A stretch of DNA of 54,387 bases from an uncultured Candidatus Saccharibacteria bacterium (GCA_964349675.1 CAYGHD010000004.1:1-54387); one strand, 5' to 3'; positions 15,501 through 23,989 are shown, counted from the stretch's first letter. Notes: a model not told the origin generated them from the sequence alone. Numbers and translations: made by a program.

Positions 15501-16028
15501 AACGTTTGGATTAGTCGTAGTGGTACCGCACATGCTGTTAAGCTTTGCGCGAGTCAATGGACCAACGTAGCCAGAAGTTGGAGAAATTCCGTACTTAGCC
15601 TGGAATTTAACTACTGCTGCTTTTGTTGCTGGACCAAAGTACATGGTCTCCGCACCTGGAGAACCAGCACCCGTTGCTGCAACCATGGTGCTTGAATCTT
15701 TGTTCAAGAACTGCTGGAGCATTTTAACTTCTGCATTGCTTGAACCTACCTGGAGGTTGGTTACAAACATTGCTGTGCATGAACCGCCAGTGGTACCACC
15801 TGTAGGTGTACCTGGAGTTGCTTGACCGTTGAGCGCTGCGGTGACGTTGTTAAGCGTCGCCTGGTCAGCACCAAAGGCTTGAAGCAGACCAACAATTTGT
15901 TTGATCTGATCCTGTGTGAGGCCTGCAGCTTTTGCTGGTCCTGCGATTACTCCGAACAAAAGTCCGAGAGCAAGAACAGAGCCGGCTGCGACTGCGATGA
16001 GCCGAGTTGAACTCTGAGTAATAGTCAT
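12561..16028 (-). CDS. Large cell-surface protein: signal anchor + peptidoglycan-binding (PG_binding_1-like) domain + long Thr/Ser/Ala/Val/Gly-rich beta-repeat region
   Basis: The ORF 12561..16193 is trimmed to M56 (MTITQSSTRLIAVAAGSVLALGLLFGVIAGPAKA). The PG-binding-like motif is VKMLQQFLN...GPATKAAVVKFQAKYGISPTSGYVGPLTRAKL. The remaining roughly 950 aa are Ig-like/low-complexity beta sequence. Confidence 0.85.
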   Translation of the reverse strand: MTITQSSTRLIAVAAGSVLALGLLFGVIAGPAKAAGLTQDQIKQIVGLLQAFGADQATLNNVTAALNGQATPGTPTGGTTGGSCTAMFVTNLQVGSSNAEVKMLQQFLNKDSSTMVAATGAGSPGAETMYFGPATKAAVVKFQAKYGISPTSGYVGPLTRAKLNSMCGTTTTNPNVPGTPVTGNGLKVMLASDSPVNVSLVQGQAAGELAKFTFANPTSASVVVTNLAFKRIGVSNDSTMTNVYIYNGAVRLTDSAGVSNSAFNYSNPVGLFTVPAGSTYTVSVRSDIAGSTSGQQIGVQLVSVGASGALDSSVSFPINGGLQSVSAATLATVDFNTSTLPSVSTVDPQADYTVWQNNITVGTRAVTMKSFALRNIGSIQTGDVRNFRLYVDGVQVGSAVATVDANSIVTFDLSASPVRIETGGRVVKVLADVVGGASRTFSLSLRYPSDAIMVDTDLNQPVLPTAAGTTFSPRTATSATINSISTSAPSITRASDSPTQNVSVGASNVKWASFKFLANGEDVKVESLNVNVNTSVHNGGLDNGKVFLNGVQIGSTKDLVEATDVNFTFGSSMILKAGTVATVDIYADAKTSTSTNLSNTETVAVSLTAGSQNGQGQISLSSVNVPTGTVSGNTITVASASLTATKASGYGNQTIIAGSQNAKIGSFVLSGGSTEGVNVNTIEIGFGSAVSSLISDLVLKDPTNGNAVIGTAKSTVGTTNAFSVSINIPASGTKTIDVYANVKTDASAGAIPATTVTTNTTGTASITGNSVSVGTAATLQTITIGSAVLTAAVNTGSTPDAANVVAGATSVKVGSFRFTTQYSGYTVDKVAVKIPANAATSVSSVMLKYKDINGAEQTATQAVALSTGAGQTHATSTFTGLTFYIPENTDRDLDVYVSIPTIASGASTGAAISVLLDAGEGFNATDSSGTADTSLSASDLNSAATSGKGTLYVRKSIATLSAVALDSTTLQAGSDQVLGRVKVSADNSGDIGWKKISFTVNKTAAITLGATSTIKLWDITSGSAVSVAGVFGTTTGAIPGGDSLSGATSGNLTFVADSEQQVTAGSSRTYELRGTVGGIASGANSVSVSIANPSTSITTGTATGVAADTVASTPSFGWTDRSSISTVHSESTSDWTDDYLVKTLPITLGTRSVNF

Positions 16029-16384
16029 ATGTAAGTTCGAACAGTTAATAATTACTTGTAATCTACGAATAATGAGAAACCTAACAGTTTCTACCCAGCT
16101 TTTATAATGATATGGACACTCCACAACTCGTATTCTCTTTTTTAAAAAAGAGGAGTTGCGGGGAACATATCTCATAATCGCTCTTGGTAGCAAGAATGGA
16201 TTGGGTCACGCGGAATGAGCTGCCAGTAACGGGACAAGGAATTCGGGATGTATGAAATTGTCAACGATCTTTCAAGAGCAGTTTTGTACCAACCGTACTA
16301 GATGAGTGAACATTTCACGCATCTAGTAAAACAGTGCCGACATGCAGTCGCTCTGCCTAGTATAGGTTGCTTTACACAAGAACT

Positions 16385-16456
16385 GCAAAAATACCCTGTG
16401 GACAACAGCACAAATGACCGCCGAGGGCGGATCACTTTTAACTGCTTCCACAGGGG
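16385..16456 (-). terminator. Long compound hairpin + U-run, probable terminator of the 16505..17248 gene
   Basis: CCCTGTGGA (16394-16402) pairs with TCCACAGGG (16447-16455). An inner CCGCC-gag-GGCGG hairpin is present, followed on the minus strand by TATTTTT. Confidence 0.5.
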
Positions 16457-16504
16457 TTCAATGTACCGCAAAAGGGGTCTTTGGTCAACGAGAAAAACCT
16501 CACG

Positions 16505-17248
16505 CTATAAACTCGGAATATACTGGCTCCAGCGTCGGTCTCCGACCCGTTTTACAAGGCCACGAGCTATAAGGACAGCAAGCTCTCTTTGGAGTGTCTT
16601 TTCACTGCAATCCCGGATAACGTTTGATATGTCTTTTATAGATACAGCCTTATTTTTAAGCACAATATCCAATACTTTTGATAGCCTCTCTTCTTGGCCT
16701 TTTGAAGCAATTTTTCGCGTCTCTTCGGTCTGAGTAGATTGTCTTTTATACTGTCCTTTAGTGTCCTTTAGTACTTGGTCTTCAAACATTCCGGTTTTAT
16801 AGCTTTCAAGCGCCAGCGGCATCGGCGCTGCAAAAGAGGGGAGCATAAAATCCTTCTCGGATGCAAAAGGGGAGAGTTGCGCGCTTTCTGAAAACTTCTC
16901 TATAAGCTGCTCGCATTCTTTGTGTAGAATATTAAAATTTTCAACTCCAATCCATCCGTGCGTTTGCGCCAAACGCAATTGAAACAGTAGCGTCACTAGC
17001 TCTGCCAGCACACTACTTGCAGCCTTTTCTCCAGCAGCAAAGTGCGCTATAGACTGTGGAATATTCTCGGCTGTACGAGACAAGTCCTTTAAGACTCCCC
17101 TCACCTCGCCCGGCAACGTATTGGACAACAGCACCAGAACATGTGCAATTTTTTCTGACTTTAAAAAACAAAAATACCAATCACTGCGTCCTTTAAAAAG
17201 AGCCGAGTTTATAGATTTATTATGAAAATTGGTTTCTTTATTCGACAC
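16505..17248 (-). CDS. Putative transcriptional regulator (N-terminal helical domain + C-terminal DeoR-like winged HTH)
   Basis: 247 aa with a GTG start and AAGGA 9 nt upstream. The C-terminal wHTH-like block is LSKVLDIVLKNKAVSIKDISNVIRDCSEKTLQRELAVLIARGLVKRVG. Confidence 0.7.
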   Translation of the reverse strand: MSNKETNFHNKSINSALFKGRSDWYFCFLKSEKIAHVLVLLSNTLPGEVRGVLKDLSRTAENIPQSIAHFAAGEKAASSVLAELVTLLFQLRLAQTHGWIGVENFNILHKECEQLIEKFSESAQLSPFASEKDFMLPSFAAPMPLALESYKTGMFEDQVLKDTKGQYKRQSTQTEETRKIASKGQEERLSKVLDIVLKNKAVSIKDISNVIRDCSEKTLQRELAVLIARGLVKRVGDRRWSQYIPSL

Positions 17249-17392
17249 GTTGTTTGTCCTTAATGTCTTTAAACTGTCTCTTTGGTTACTTCAGCCTATG
17301 CGACACTTACTATGTCTTTGAGTATACTCCCCTGTTTTGCTCTGCGTAAAGTTTCCGCACAGCCGGACGCTCTCGTGCTACTATGTGTCAAT

Positions 17393-19612
17393 ATGGCGCG
17401 CAAAAATACGAAGCAGCAAAAGGATAGAAACGGCGGAGCAGCTAATACACTACCGAGTGAAACAAAGCGGGCGATTGCGGTGGTATTACTTTTTGCGCTC
17501 GGCTTATTTTTAACGCTTGCAGCGTTTGGTGCCGCAGGAGTTGCCGGCTCTGACGCCTATGAGTTTTTTGCATACTTACTTGGCGTTGGGTACTTCCTGC
17601 TCCCCTTGCTGTTTTTTGTACTTGCCGGAAGCGCTCTGCGCCCTGAAGCCAGCGGCTTTACCCCAGTTAAAATAGCAGCGAGTGGGTTGTTTATTTTTTC
17701 AGGCCTTGGGTTTATTGAAGTAGTTGCGCATAGAGGTGGCCTCGTTGGTGCTGCAATAGCAGGACCCTCGGTGCTTTTTTTTGATATTTACGCGGCACTG
17801 ATAGCCTTGGGGAGTTTGTCACTTATTTCGTTATTAGTGCTGCTTGAGGGCAGGCTCCCAAGCGAAGCTTTTGTGCGCCTTGGAGAGTCGCTACGTCAAG
17901 GCATACACACATGCTGGAATTTTTGCACCGGCCAGAAAGACCAAAATGTGCTTTCTGATTCTGAAGATTTTCCGAATATACAGCCAGAGAATCCTGAGGA
18001 TGCGGAAGAGGATGCTGATTCAGAGGAAGAAGAGGTTGCCGGATCTCAACCTCCAGCACCTCGAGCAATGGCTGCCTCTGCCCGCGACACCCAAGCCCGC
18101 AACGCGCAGGCAATACTTAAAAGCTTACTGGGACAATACACACCTCCCCCACTCTCTTTGCTTGAGCGCGACAAAGGCCGCCCCGGCGTTGGCGACATAA
18201 AAGCAAACGCAAATATTATTAAGCGCACGCTGGCAAACTTTGGCATCGTGGTCGAGTTGGATGAAATCTCAATCGGCCCGTCAGTTACCCGGTATGCGAT
18301 TAAACCGGCAGAGGGTGTGCGTTTGCAAAAAATCGTCGGGCTGCAAACCAACCTCGAGTTGGCGCTTGCCGCACACCCTGTGCGCATTGAGGCACCTATA
18401 CCGGGCAAATCATTGGTGGGTATTGAGGTGCCAAACTCTGCAAAAGTGACCGTAGGCTTAGGCACTTTGTTGGAAGCGCAAGAATTTGCCGACTCTCCAA
18501 AACCGTTACTGGTGGCGCTTGGCCGTGACATCGCTGGAGGGTCACATTTTGGCAATATTGCAAAAATGCCGCACATGCTTATCGCAGGAGCAACGGGCTC
18601 TGGAAAGTCTGTAACAATCCACGCCGTTATCAATTCGCTTTTGTATCGCTGCGGCCCGCAGCAGCTGCGTTTTTTGATGATCGACCCCAAGCGCGTTGAA
18701 TTGACCTTGTACAACAAACTCCCTCACCTGCTTTCTCCAGTCATCACTGACCCTAAAAAAGCGATCATGGCGCTCCGCTGGGCAGGCAAAGAAATGGAAC
18801 GTCGGTACAACATACTCGAGCAAGAGCGCGTGCGTGACATTGAGTCGTATCATCAAAACATCCTCACCCCGGCGCTCGAGAAGCTCCGCAAAGACAAAGC
18901 TCCTGACGAAGGCGCCCCTATACCCGAGGCAATGCCCTATATCGTGGTTATTATCGATGAGTTGGCAGATATTATGCAGACGTACCCTCGTGAACTTGAG
19001 GCTGCAATTGTTCGTCTTGCCCAAATGAGCCGAGCTGTGGGTATCCACCTACTCCTTTCGACTCAGCGACCGTCTGTGAATGTTATTACCGGCCTCATTA
19101 AGGCTAACGTCCCTGCACGCCTTGCGCTCCAGGTTGCCTCGCAAATAGACTCTCGTACCATTTTGGACCAAGGCGGCGCAGAAAAACTGCTTGGCGCAGG
19201 CGACATGCTGTACTTGGGCGGAGATATGGGCAAACCGATCCGTTTACAGAGCGCTTTTATCGGCGAGACTGAGGTAAAGAAAGTCGTAGACTTTATCGCA
19301 GATAACAATGATGCGGAGCTGCCGGTCGACATCGCAGCGCCAACTCAGGGCACTAGCATTTCACTCACCGACAACGGCGCAGATGAAGAAGTAGACGATG
19401 ACATGTACGAAGCCGCAAAAGAAGCAGTGCTTGAGGCAGGCAAAGCTTCAACCTCATACATTCAGCGGAAACTGCGCGTTGGATACGCACGCGCAGCACG
19501 CCTGATAGATATGCTCGAGGAGCGTGGCGTCATAGGACCAGGTGACGGTGCAAAACCAAGAGAAGTTTTGGGCCGAAGCCCTGCCCCAGAGTCTCAAGAC
19601 GAGCAGCTCTAG
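17393..19612 (+). CDS. ftsK: DNA translocase FtsK/SpoIIIE
   Basis: The ORF 17282..19612 is trimmed to M38 (MARKNTKQQ...). It has N-terminal TM helices and an acidic linker. Walker A is AGATGSGKS, followed by VVIIDELADIM, and the C-terminal gamma wHTH is SYIQRKLRVGYARAARLIDMLEERGVIG. Confidence 0.93.
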   Translation: MARKNTKQQKDRNGGAANTLPSETKRAIAVVLLFALGLFLTLAAFGAAGVAGSDAYEFFAYLLGVGYFLLPLLFFVLAGSALRPEASGFTPVKIAASGLFIFSGLGFIEVVAHRGGLVGAAIAGPSVLFFDIYAALIALGSLSLISLLVLLEGRLPSEAFVRLGESLRQGIHTCWNFCTGQKDQNVLSDSEDFPNIQPENPEDAEEDADSEEEEVAGSQPPAPRAMAASARDTQARNAQAILKSLLGQYTPPPLSLLERDKGRPGVGDIKANANIIKRTLANFGIVVELDEISIGPSVTRYAIKPAEGVRLQKIVGLQTNLELALAAHPVRIEAPIPGKSLVGIEVPNSAKVTVGLGTLLEAQEFADSPKPLLVALGRDIAGGSHFGNIAKMPHMLIAGATGSGKSVTIHAVINSLLYRCGPQQLRFLMIDPKRVELTLYNKLPHLLSPVITDPKKAIMALRWAGKEMERRYNILEQERVRDIESYHQNILTPALEKLRKDKAPDEGAPIPEAMPYIVVIIDELADIMQTYPRELEAAIVRLAQMSRAVGIHLLLSTQRPSVNVITGLIKANVPARLALQVASQIDSRTILDQGGAEKLLGAGDMLYLGGDMGKPIRLQSAFIGETEVKKVVDFIADNNDAELPVDIAAPTQGTSISLTDNGADEEVDDDMYEAAKEAVLEAGKASTSYIQRKLRVGYARAARLIDMLEERGVIGPGDGAKPREVLGRSPAPESQDEQL

Positions 19613-19615
19613 CTT

Positions 19616-19999
19616 ATGCCCTTGCCCCACCACCACGACTTTGCTCGCCGTTTTTACAAAGGAGCGCTCTTTGGGGCAGCGCTGCTGATACTCCTCTACG
19701 GCCTTTTTGAAGGGCGGCGGCTTTTGCTTGGGCCGCAAATTACTATCACCGCCCCCCATAGCGGCGAGGCCACCTCTTCGGCGGCAGTAACTATTGCAGG
19801 GACGGCTTCAAATATTTCGTTTTTGACCATAAACGACAAACCGGCCTTCACTGACGAAGCCGGGCATTTTACGCTCACCCTTTCTCCCCCGTTAGGCTAT
19901 ACTGTATTCACTGTTGTTGGAGTCGACCGCTTTGGCCGCACAACAAAAAAACAGGTGTCGCTCATGGTGCTGAATTATTGTCCTTATAACATTACCTAA
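19616..19999 (+). CDS. Small membrane-anchored protein with Ig-like beta domain (hypothetical)
   Basis: 127 aa with one TM helix (ALFGAALLILLYGLF). It starts 3 nt after the ftsK stop. Confidence 0.6.
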   Translation: MPLPHHHDFARRFYKGALFGAALLILLYGLFEGRRLLLGPQITITAPHSGEATSSAAVTIAGTASNISFLTINDKPAFTDEAGHFTLTLSPPLGYTVFTVVGVDRFGRTTKKQVSLMVLNYCPYNIT

Positions 20000-20002
20000 C
20001 CT

Positions 20003-21058
20003 ATGGCAAAGAAAGACGAAAAAAAGGGCGCAGTCACCCGGGACACCAGCGCTATTGATGCGGCTATCCGTGAAATAAAAACAAAGTTCGGCGACGAAGC
20101 GATTATGAAGCTTGGGGAAACAGCGCGGGTTGATGTCGACGCTATTCCCTCTGGATCTATCGGCCTGGACTGGGCGCTTGGCATCGGAGGGTATCCTCGC
20201 GGACGTATTTTAGAAGTGTTTGGCCCAGAGTCGTCGGGTAAAACAACCCTTTCACTCCATGCTATTGCCGAAGCGCAAAAAAAAGGTGGTGTCTGTGCCT
20301 TTATCGACGCAGAACACGCGCTCGACCCCGAGTATGCAAAAAAAATAGGCGTTAAGCTCGACGAACTGCTTGTCTCACAACCCGACACAGGTGAGCAAGC
20401 GCTCGAGATAGTGGAGTCACTGGTGCGCTCGGGCAAAGTCGACATTATTGTTATCGACTCTGTTGCAGCGCTTACTCCAAAAGACGAAATCGAAGGAGAT
20501 ATGGGCGCAATGCATGTCGGCAAACAGGCACGGCTCATGTCACAAGCGCTGCGCAAATTAACTGCTATTACCTCAAAATCAAAAACAGTTGTGGTGTTTA
20601 TCAACCAAATCCGCATGCAAATCGGCATGATGTTTGGCAACCCCGAGACAACCCCAGGAGGCAAGGCGCTTAAATTTTACACATCGGTGAGACTCGACAT
20701 ACGCCGTATTGCGCAGATAAAGAAAGGCGAAGAAGTCGTCGGCGGACGCCATCGGGTCAAAGTTGTAAAAAATAAAGTCGCAGCCCCATTCCGCAAAGTT
20801 GAGTTTGACCTACTCTACAATGAGGGCATCTCGCGCGAGGGTGAGCTTTTGGCGCTTGGAGAGAGTTTAGGTATTGTGAAAAAAAGCGGCTCATCCTATG
20901 CGTTTGGTGAAGAAAAGCTCGGCCGTGGCTATGACGCATCCCGTACCTATTTGCGAGAAAACAAGAAGGTTGCAAACGACCTACTCAAACAAATACAAAC
21001 TGCGCTTGAAAGCAACGCGCCGGGCAAAGTAGCAAGTGGCGGCGACTCAGACGAGTAG
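20003..21058 (+). CDS. recA: Recombinase RecA
   Basis: 351 aa with Walker [10 protein letters not shown]. Characteristic segments include [28 protein letters not shown] and [22 protein letters not shown]. Confidence 0.98.
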   Translation: MAKKDEKKGAVTRDTSAIDAAIREIKTKFGDEAIMKLGETARVDVDAIPSGSIGLDWALGIGGYPRGRILEVFGPESSGKTTLSLHAIAEAQKKGGVCAFIDAEHALDPEYAKKIGVKLDELLVSQPDTGEQALEIVESLVRSGKVDIIVIDSVAALTPKDEIEGDMGAMHVGKQARLMSQALRKLTAITSKSKTVVVFINQIRMQIGMMFGNPETTPGGKALKFYTSVRLDIRRIAQIKKGEEVVGGRHRVKVVKNKVAAPFRKVEFDLLYNEGISREGELLALGESLGIVKKSGSSYAFGEEKLGRGYDASRTYLRENKKVANDLLKQIQTALESNAPGKVASGGDSDE

Positions 21059-21061
21059 TTG

Positions 21062-21388
21062 TTACGCCGTGTGCGCCCGAAGTGGCGACACAAAACGTAC
21101 TGCGTCTACCGCTAGCGACGCTGCAGCAAAAGCTCCAACAGCAAGAGCAAGCTGTACTACCGCCGTAGTACCTACAATTGCAGAAAATAAAAACACAGCG
21201 ACGCTTGCTGCCCCCCCTTCTGCTACCGTTGTAAAATTTTCTGCAACGTTTGAAAGGGATACAAAAAGCACAATACCAAACGCTGACAAAGCGAGCGCAT
21301 ACATCTTGAGCGCAAATGCGCTGGTCAAACGACGCGCCGCGTATACCACCATAACCCCCGCCATTACCTGCTGTTCAATGTTAGTCAT
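21062..21388 (-). CDS. Small membrane protein, possible anti-sigma factor
   Basis: 108 aa with 3 predicted TM helices, located directly downstream of the ECF-type sigma gene. The anti-sigma role is inferred from position only. Confidence 0.55.
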   Translation of the reverse strand: MTNIEQQVMAGVMVVYAARRLTSAFALKMYALALSAFGIVLFVSLSNVAENFTTVAEGGAASVAVFLFSAIVGTTAVVQLALAVGAFAAASLAVDAVRFVSPLRAHTA

Positions 21389-21403
21389 AGTAATTGTTTT
21401 TTA

Positions 21404-21994
21404 TTATAAACGAGTAGTAATAGTTTCATATACTCGGCGGAATTCTTGCTTGGCTCGGTGCACCCGAGTCTTGACCGCACCAACGCTCACCCCCTCTTGC
21501 GCTGCTATCTCCTCTTGGGATTTACCTTCGATAAAAAAGGCGTTCAGCGCCCGAGCCAGCGGGGCCGGTAGACGCGCCAGCACCGACACCACTTCGTCAA
21601 CAAACTCAGCTTTTTCAAACTGTCGCAGTTGTTTGTCCGGAATCAGCTGCCAAATTTCTTCATCCAAGTCGGCGCGCACCAACCCTTCTTTTTTGCGCTT
21701 TGCATAATGCGTCAGCGCTGTATTGATGAGAATGCGGTATCCCCACGAAGAGAATGTTGCCCCTTCTTGTTTTTTAAATTTATGCGCATAGAGATATATC
21801 TTTGTAAACGCCTCTTGCACAATGTCCTCCGCTTCCCGCTCGTCTTTGACGATAGATATTGCCTTGCGCAAAAAAGGTGCCTCGTACTTGCGCACCAATT
21901 GCGCAAACAGCGCCGGCTCAGCGACAGAGCGAGCCAGTACCTCTTCATCTAAAAGAACCGCCTCCTCTTCTGTAGACAGATACTCTTTTGGCAT
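21404..21994 (-). CDS. RNA polymerase sigma-70 family (ECF-type) sigma factor
   Basis: The ORF 21404..22048 is trimmed to M19 (MPKEYLS...). The region 2-like block is EDIVQEAFTKIYLYAHKFK...FSSWGYRILINTAL. The region 4 HTH is GKSQEEIAAQEGVSVGAVKTRVHRAK. A TATATC -10 box lies 8 nt upstream of the ATG. Confidence 0.88.
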   Translation of the reverse strand: MPKEYLSTEEEAVLLDEEVLARSVAEPALFAQLVRKYEAPFLRKAISIVKDEREAEDIVQEAFTKIYLYAHKFKKQEGATFSSWGYRILINTALTHYAKRKKEGLVRADLDEEIWQLIPDKQLRQFEKAEFVDEVVSVLARLPAPLARALNAFFIEGKSQEEIAAQEGVSVGAVKTRVHRAKQEFRRVYETITTRL

Positions 21995-22060
21995 AGATAC
22001 AGGATATAGCATATGGAGCGCACTATCTACAACCCCGCTCGGCAGCACTAGGTTTCTATA

Positions 22061-22089
22061 TTGGACAAGCGCTGTTTTTTCGCTACAAT
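22061..22089 (+). promoter_or_regulatory. Sigma70-like promoter TGGACA-17 nt-TACAAT, 8 nt upstream of the efp ATG
   Basis: TGGACA lies at 22061-22066 and TACAAT at 22084-22089. The efp ATG is at 22098, with no Shine-Dalgarno sequence in between. Confidence 0.5.
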
Positions 22090-22097
22090 GCCCAAAT

Positions 22098-22688
22098 ATG
22101 CTTGAATATAATGATATTTTACCGAAAAAGGTAATTCTGATGGACGGCGAGCCCTATGAAGTGCTCGAGGCGCACGTATTCCGCAAACAAATGCGTAAGC
22201 CGGTCAACCAGACAAAATTGCGACACCTGATAACCGGCAAAGTGACCGAACAGGCCTTCCATCAGTCTGAGAAGGCCGAAGAGGCTGACTTGTCGCTCAA
22301 ACCCGTCAAATACCTCTATGCGAACAAAGGTGAGTATTGGTTTTGTAGCGAGAAAAACCCTGCTGACCGCTTTGCATTATCTCAAGAGACCGTCGGAGAC
22401 GCTGGGCAGTTTTTAAAACCAAACGCAGTAGTTGAAGCGCTGGTGTTTGATGAACCAAACAATGACGATGAGGGCAAAATAATCGCCGTACGCGTCCCCA
22501 TAAAAGTCGAACTGCTTGTGAAGGAAGCGCCGCCAGCCGTGCGCGGGAACACCGCACAAGGCGGCAGCAAGCAAGTGGTGCTTGAAACGGGCGCCACAAT
22601 AAACGCCCCACTATTTATCAACGAAGGCGACGTGGTCCGCATCAATACCGAAACCGGACAATACGTTGAGCGCGTAGACAAAAAATAA
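22098..22688 (+). CDS. efp: Elongation factor P
   Basis: The ORF 21822..22688 is trimmed to MLEYNDILPKKVILMDGEPYEVLEAHV... (196 aa). It has EF-P N-terminal KOW-like and OB domains and the C-terminal block GATINAPLFINEGDVVRINTETGQYVERV. Confidence 0.92.
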   Translation: MLEYNDILPKKVILMDGEPYEVLEAHVFRKQMRKPVNQTKLRHLITGKVTEQAFHQSEKAEEADLSLKPVKYLYANKGEYWFCSEKNPADRFALSQETVGDAGQFLKPNAVVEALVFDEPNNDDEGKIIAVRVPIKVELLVKEAPPAVRGNTAQGGSKQVVLETGATINAPLFINEGDVVRINTETGQYVERVDKK

Positions 22689-22705
22689 TACACTGGGATC
22701 CAAAC

Positions 22706-22736
22706 AAAAAGCCCCGAAGTAACTTCGGGGCTTTTT
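22706..22736. terminator. Bidirectional intrinsic terminator shared by efp (+) and rpsR (-)
   Basis: AAAAA-GCCCCGAAG-taa-CTTCGGGGC-TTTTT. Confidence 0.85.
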
Positions 22737-22750
22737 GTTATCTGCGCACT

Positions 22751-22948
22751 TTATCGAACAATGTAGGGCAACAGTGCCATAAACCGAGCGCGTTTTACCG
22801 CCTCCGCCAAAGCTCGTTGGTTTGGAGCAGAGAGGCCAGTGCGACGACGAGGCATGATTTTGCCATGTGGGTTGAGAAACTTTTTCAACAAGTCGACATC
22901 TTTGTAGTCGATGCGCTGAAACTGTGCGACATAGGTATCTTTTTCCAT
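22751..22948 (-). CDS. rpsR: 30S ribosomal protein S18
   Basis: 65 aa; [50 protein letters not shown]. Confidence 0.96.
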   Translation of the reverse strand: MEKDTYVAQFQRIDYKDVDLLKKFLNPHGKIMPRRRTGLSAPNQRALAEAVKRARFMALLPYIVR

Positions 22949-22960
22949 AATACGTTTTAT

Positions 22961-23422
22961 TTAGAACGGAATATCGTCTGGATTAATATCTTCTTGTGGG
23001 TAATCAATTGCATCGTCTTTTGGAGCTTTACTGCCGCCAAATGATTGCGGCTCAGCGTCTGCTGCCTCGTAGGGCGCAGCTCCGCCTGCACTGCCGCCTG
23101 CGCGGGGGCCAAACTGCACACGCTCTGCAATGATTTCAGTACGATACTGTTTGGCTCCATCCTTGTCCCAGCTACGGGTCTGGATGCGCCCCTCAACATA
23201 TACAGAGCTCCCTTTTTTGAGATACTGAGAGACAATTTCTGCTTGGCGCCCAAATACCACAACGTTGTGATAGTCAGTTTGCTCTTGCTTGCCGCCATCT
23301 GCCTTTTTAAAGACACGGTTGGTTGCCACGCTAAACGAGGCCACTTGCCCGCCAGACGGCAGTGCACGCAGCTCTGGGTCACGCGTGAGGTTCCCAAACA
23401 GCATTGCTTTATTGATGTACAT
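22961..23422 (-). CDS. ssb: Single-stranded DNA-binding protein
   Basis: 153 aa with the OB fold MYINKAMLFGNLTRDPELR...TDYHNVVVFGRQAE...VYVEGRIQTRSW. It has a Gly-rich tail and an acidic C-terminus ending DDIPF. Confidence 0.96.
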   Translation of the reverse strand: MYINKAMLFGNLTRDPELRALPSGGQVASFSVATNRVFKKADGGKQEQTDYHNVVVFGRQAEIVSQYLKKGSSVYVEGRIQTRSWDKDGAKQYRTEIIAERVQFGPRAGGSAGGAAPYEAADAEPQSFGGSKAPKDDAIDYPQEDINPDDIPF

Positions 23423-23428
23423 AGTGTT

Positions 23429-23956
23429 TTACGCAACGAGCGCGTCAATTGATTTGTCGAGATCTTCTTCAGAAATATCTGCAACTTTTTCTACCGGAAC
23501 TTCTGGCTTTTTAATCGTCTCACCCTCGAGCCGGTCAGAGGCAAACACTGCGCGGCGTGGTGCCTTTGCAACGTCTTCGCGAACGGTCTCAATCAACAAA
23601 TAGCGCAGAATGTCTCTGTCGACGCGGAGCGCTTGCTCAAACGCCGGAATATTTTCTCGCTCTAATGCAAACTTCATAACACCAAAATACGCTTCATTAT
23701 ACTTGTCGCGGCGGCCAACGTTTGCCCGCTCAACCGTGTACGCAAGCGCCATTTTTTGTGGGAACTGCTCGTTAATAATTTCAGCACCACCAAGCGCTTG
23801 ACGGACTTTTTCCACCACAGCCGCTACCCCGTCTTCTGGGATAGTAGGCACGACGTGAAAGCCGACCTCGTATACGACGCGCTCGCCTGCATCAGCAGAT
23901 GAGTCAATCGCTTGGGTTAATCCTTCTTCAGGATGCGATTTTGTAACCATGGCCAC
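23429..23956 (-). CDS. rpsF: 30S ribosomal protein S6 (with N- and C-terminal extensions)
   Basis: 175 aa. The core YEVGFHVVP...QKMALAYTV...AYFGVMKFALE...RVDRDILRYLLIE is S6-like, and the gene sits first in an rpsF-ssb-rpsR arrangement. Confidence 0.88.
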   Translation of the reverse strand: MAMVTKSHPEEGLTQAIDSSADAGERVVYEVGFHVVPTIPEDGVAAVVEKVRQALGGAEIINEQFPQKMALAYTVERANVGRRDKYNEAYFGVMKFALERENIPAFEQALRVDRDILRYLLIETVREDVAKAPRRAVFASDRLEGETIKKPEVPVEKVADISEEDLDKSIDALVA

Positions 23957-23989
23957 ACTGTACCAGAATATTTGAAGAATGCAACCGGG

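Noticed and set aside
16029-16193. N-terminal 55-codon extension of the giant surface-protein ORF. Similar extensions occur at 1829..1972, 32108..32209, 33320..33409, 38243..38389 and 47266..47421.
   Set aside because: The extensions have no signal or homology features. Internal Met codons give canonical N-termini (a signal anchor, a prepilin motif, the RecO start and so on) and avoid overlaps with upstream genes.
16448-16470. tRNA-like T-loop sequence (ggggttcaatgtacc).
   Set aside because: No complementary T-stem, acceptor stem or anticodon arm can be drawn. The sequence is part of the terminator hairpin of the upstream gene. No tRNA was found anywhere in the window.
18046-18717. 223-aa minus-strand ORF, and 18542..19048.
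   Set aside because: Both are antisense to the conserved motor domain of ftsK.
19996-20664. 222-aa minus-strand ORF.
   Set aside because: It lies entirely antisense to recA, whose identity is unambiguous. The translation is Ser/Ala/Ile-rich nonsense.
21036-21707. 223-aa plus-strand ORF overlapping the recA end.
   Set aside because: It is antisense to the small membrane protein and the ECF sigma gene, with an Ala/Thr/Ser-rich low-complexity translation.
21822-22097. N-terminal 92-codon extension of the efp ORF.
   Set aside because: The extension overlaps the divergent sigma-factor gene. Conserved EF-P sequence only begins at MLEYNDIL (22098), which is preceded by a good promoter.
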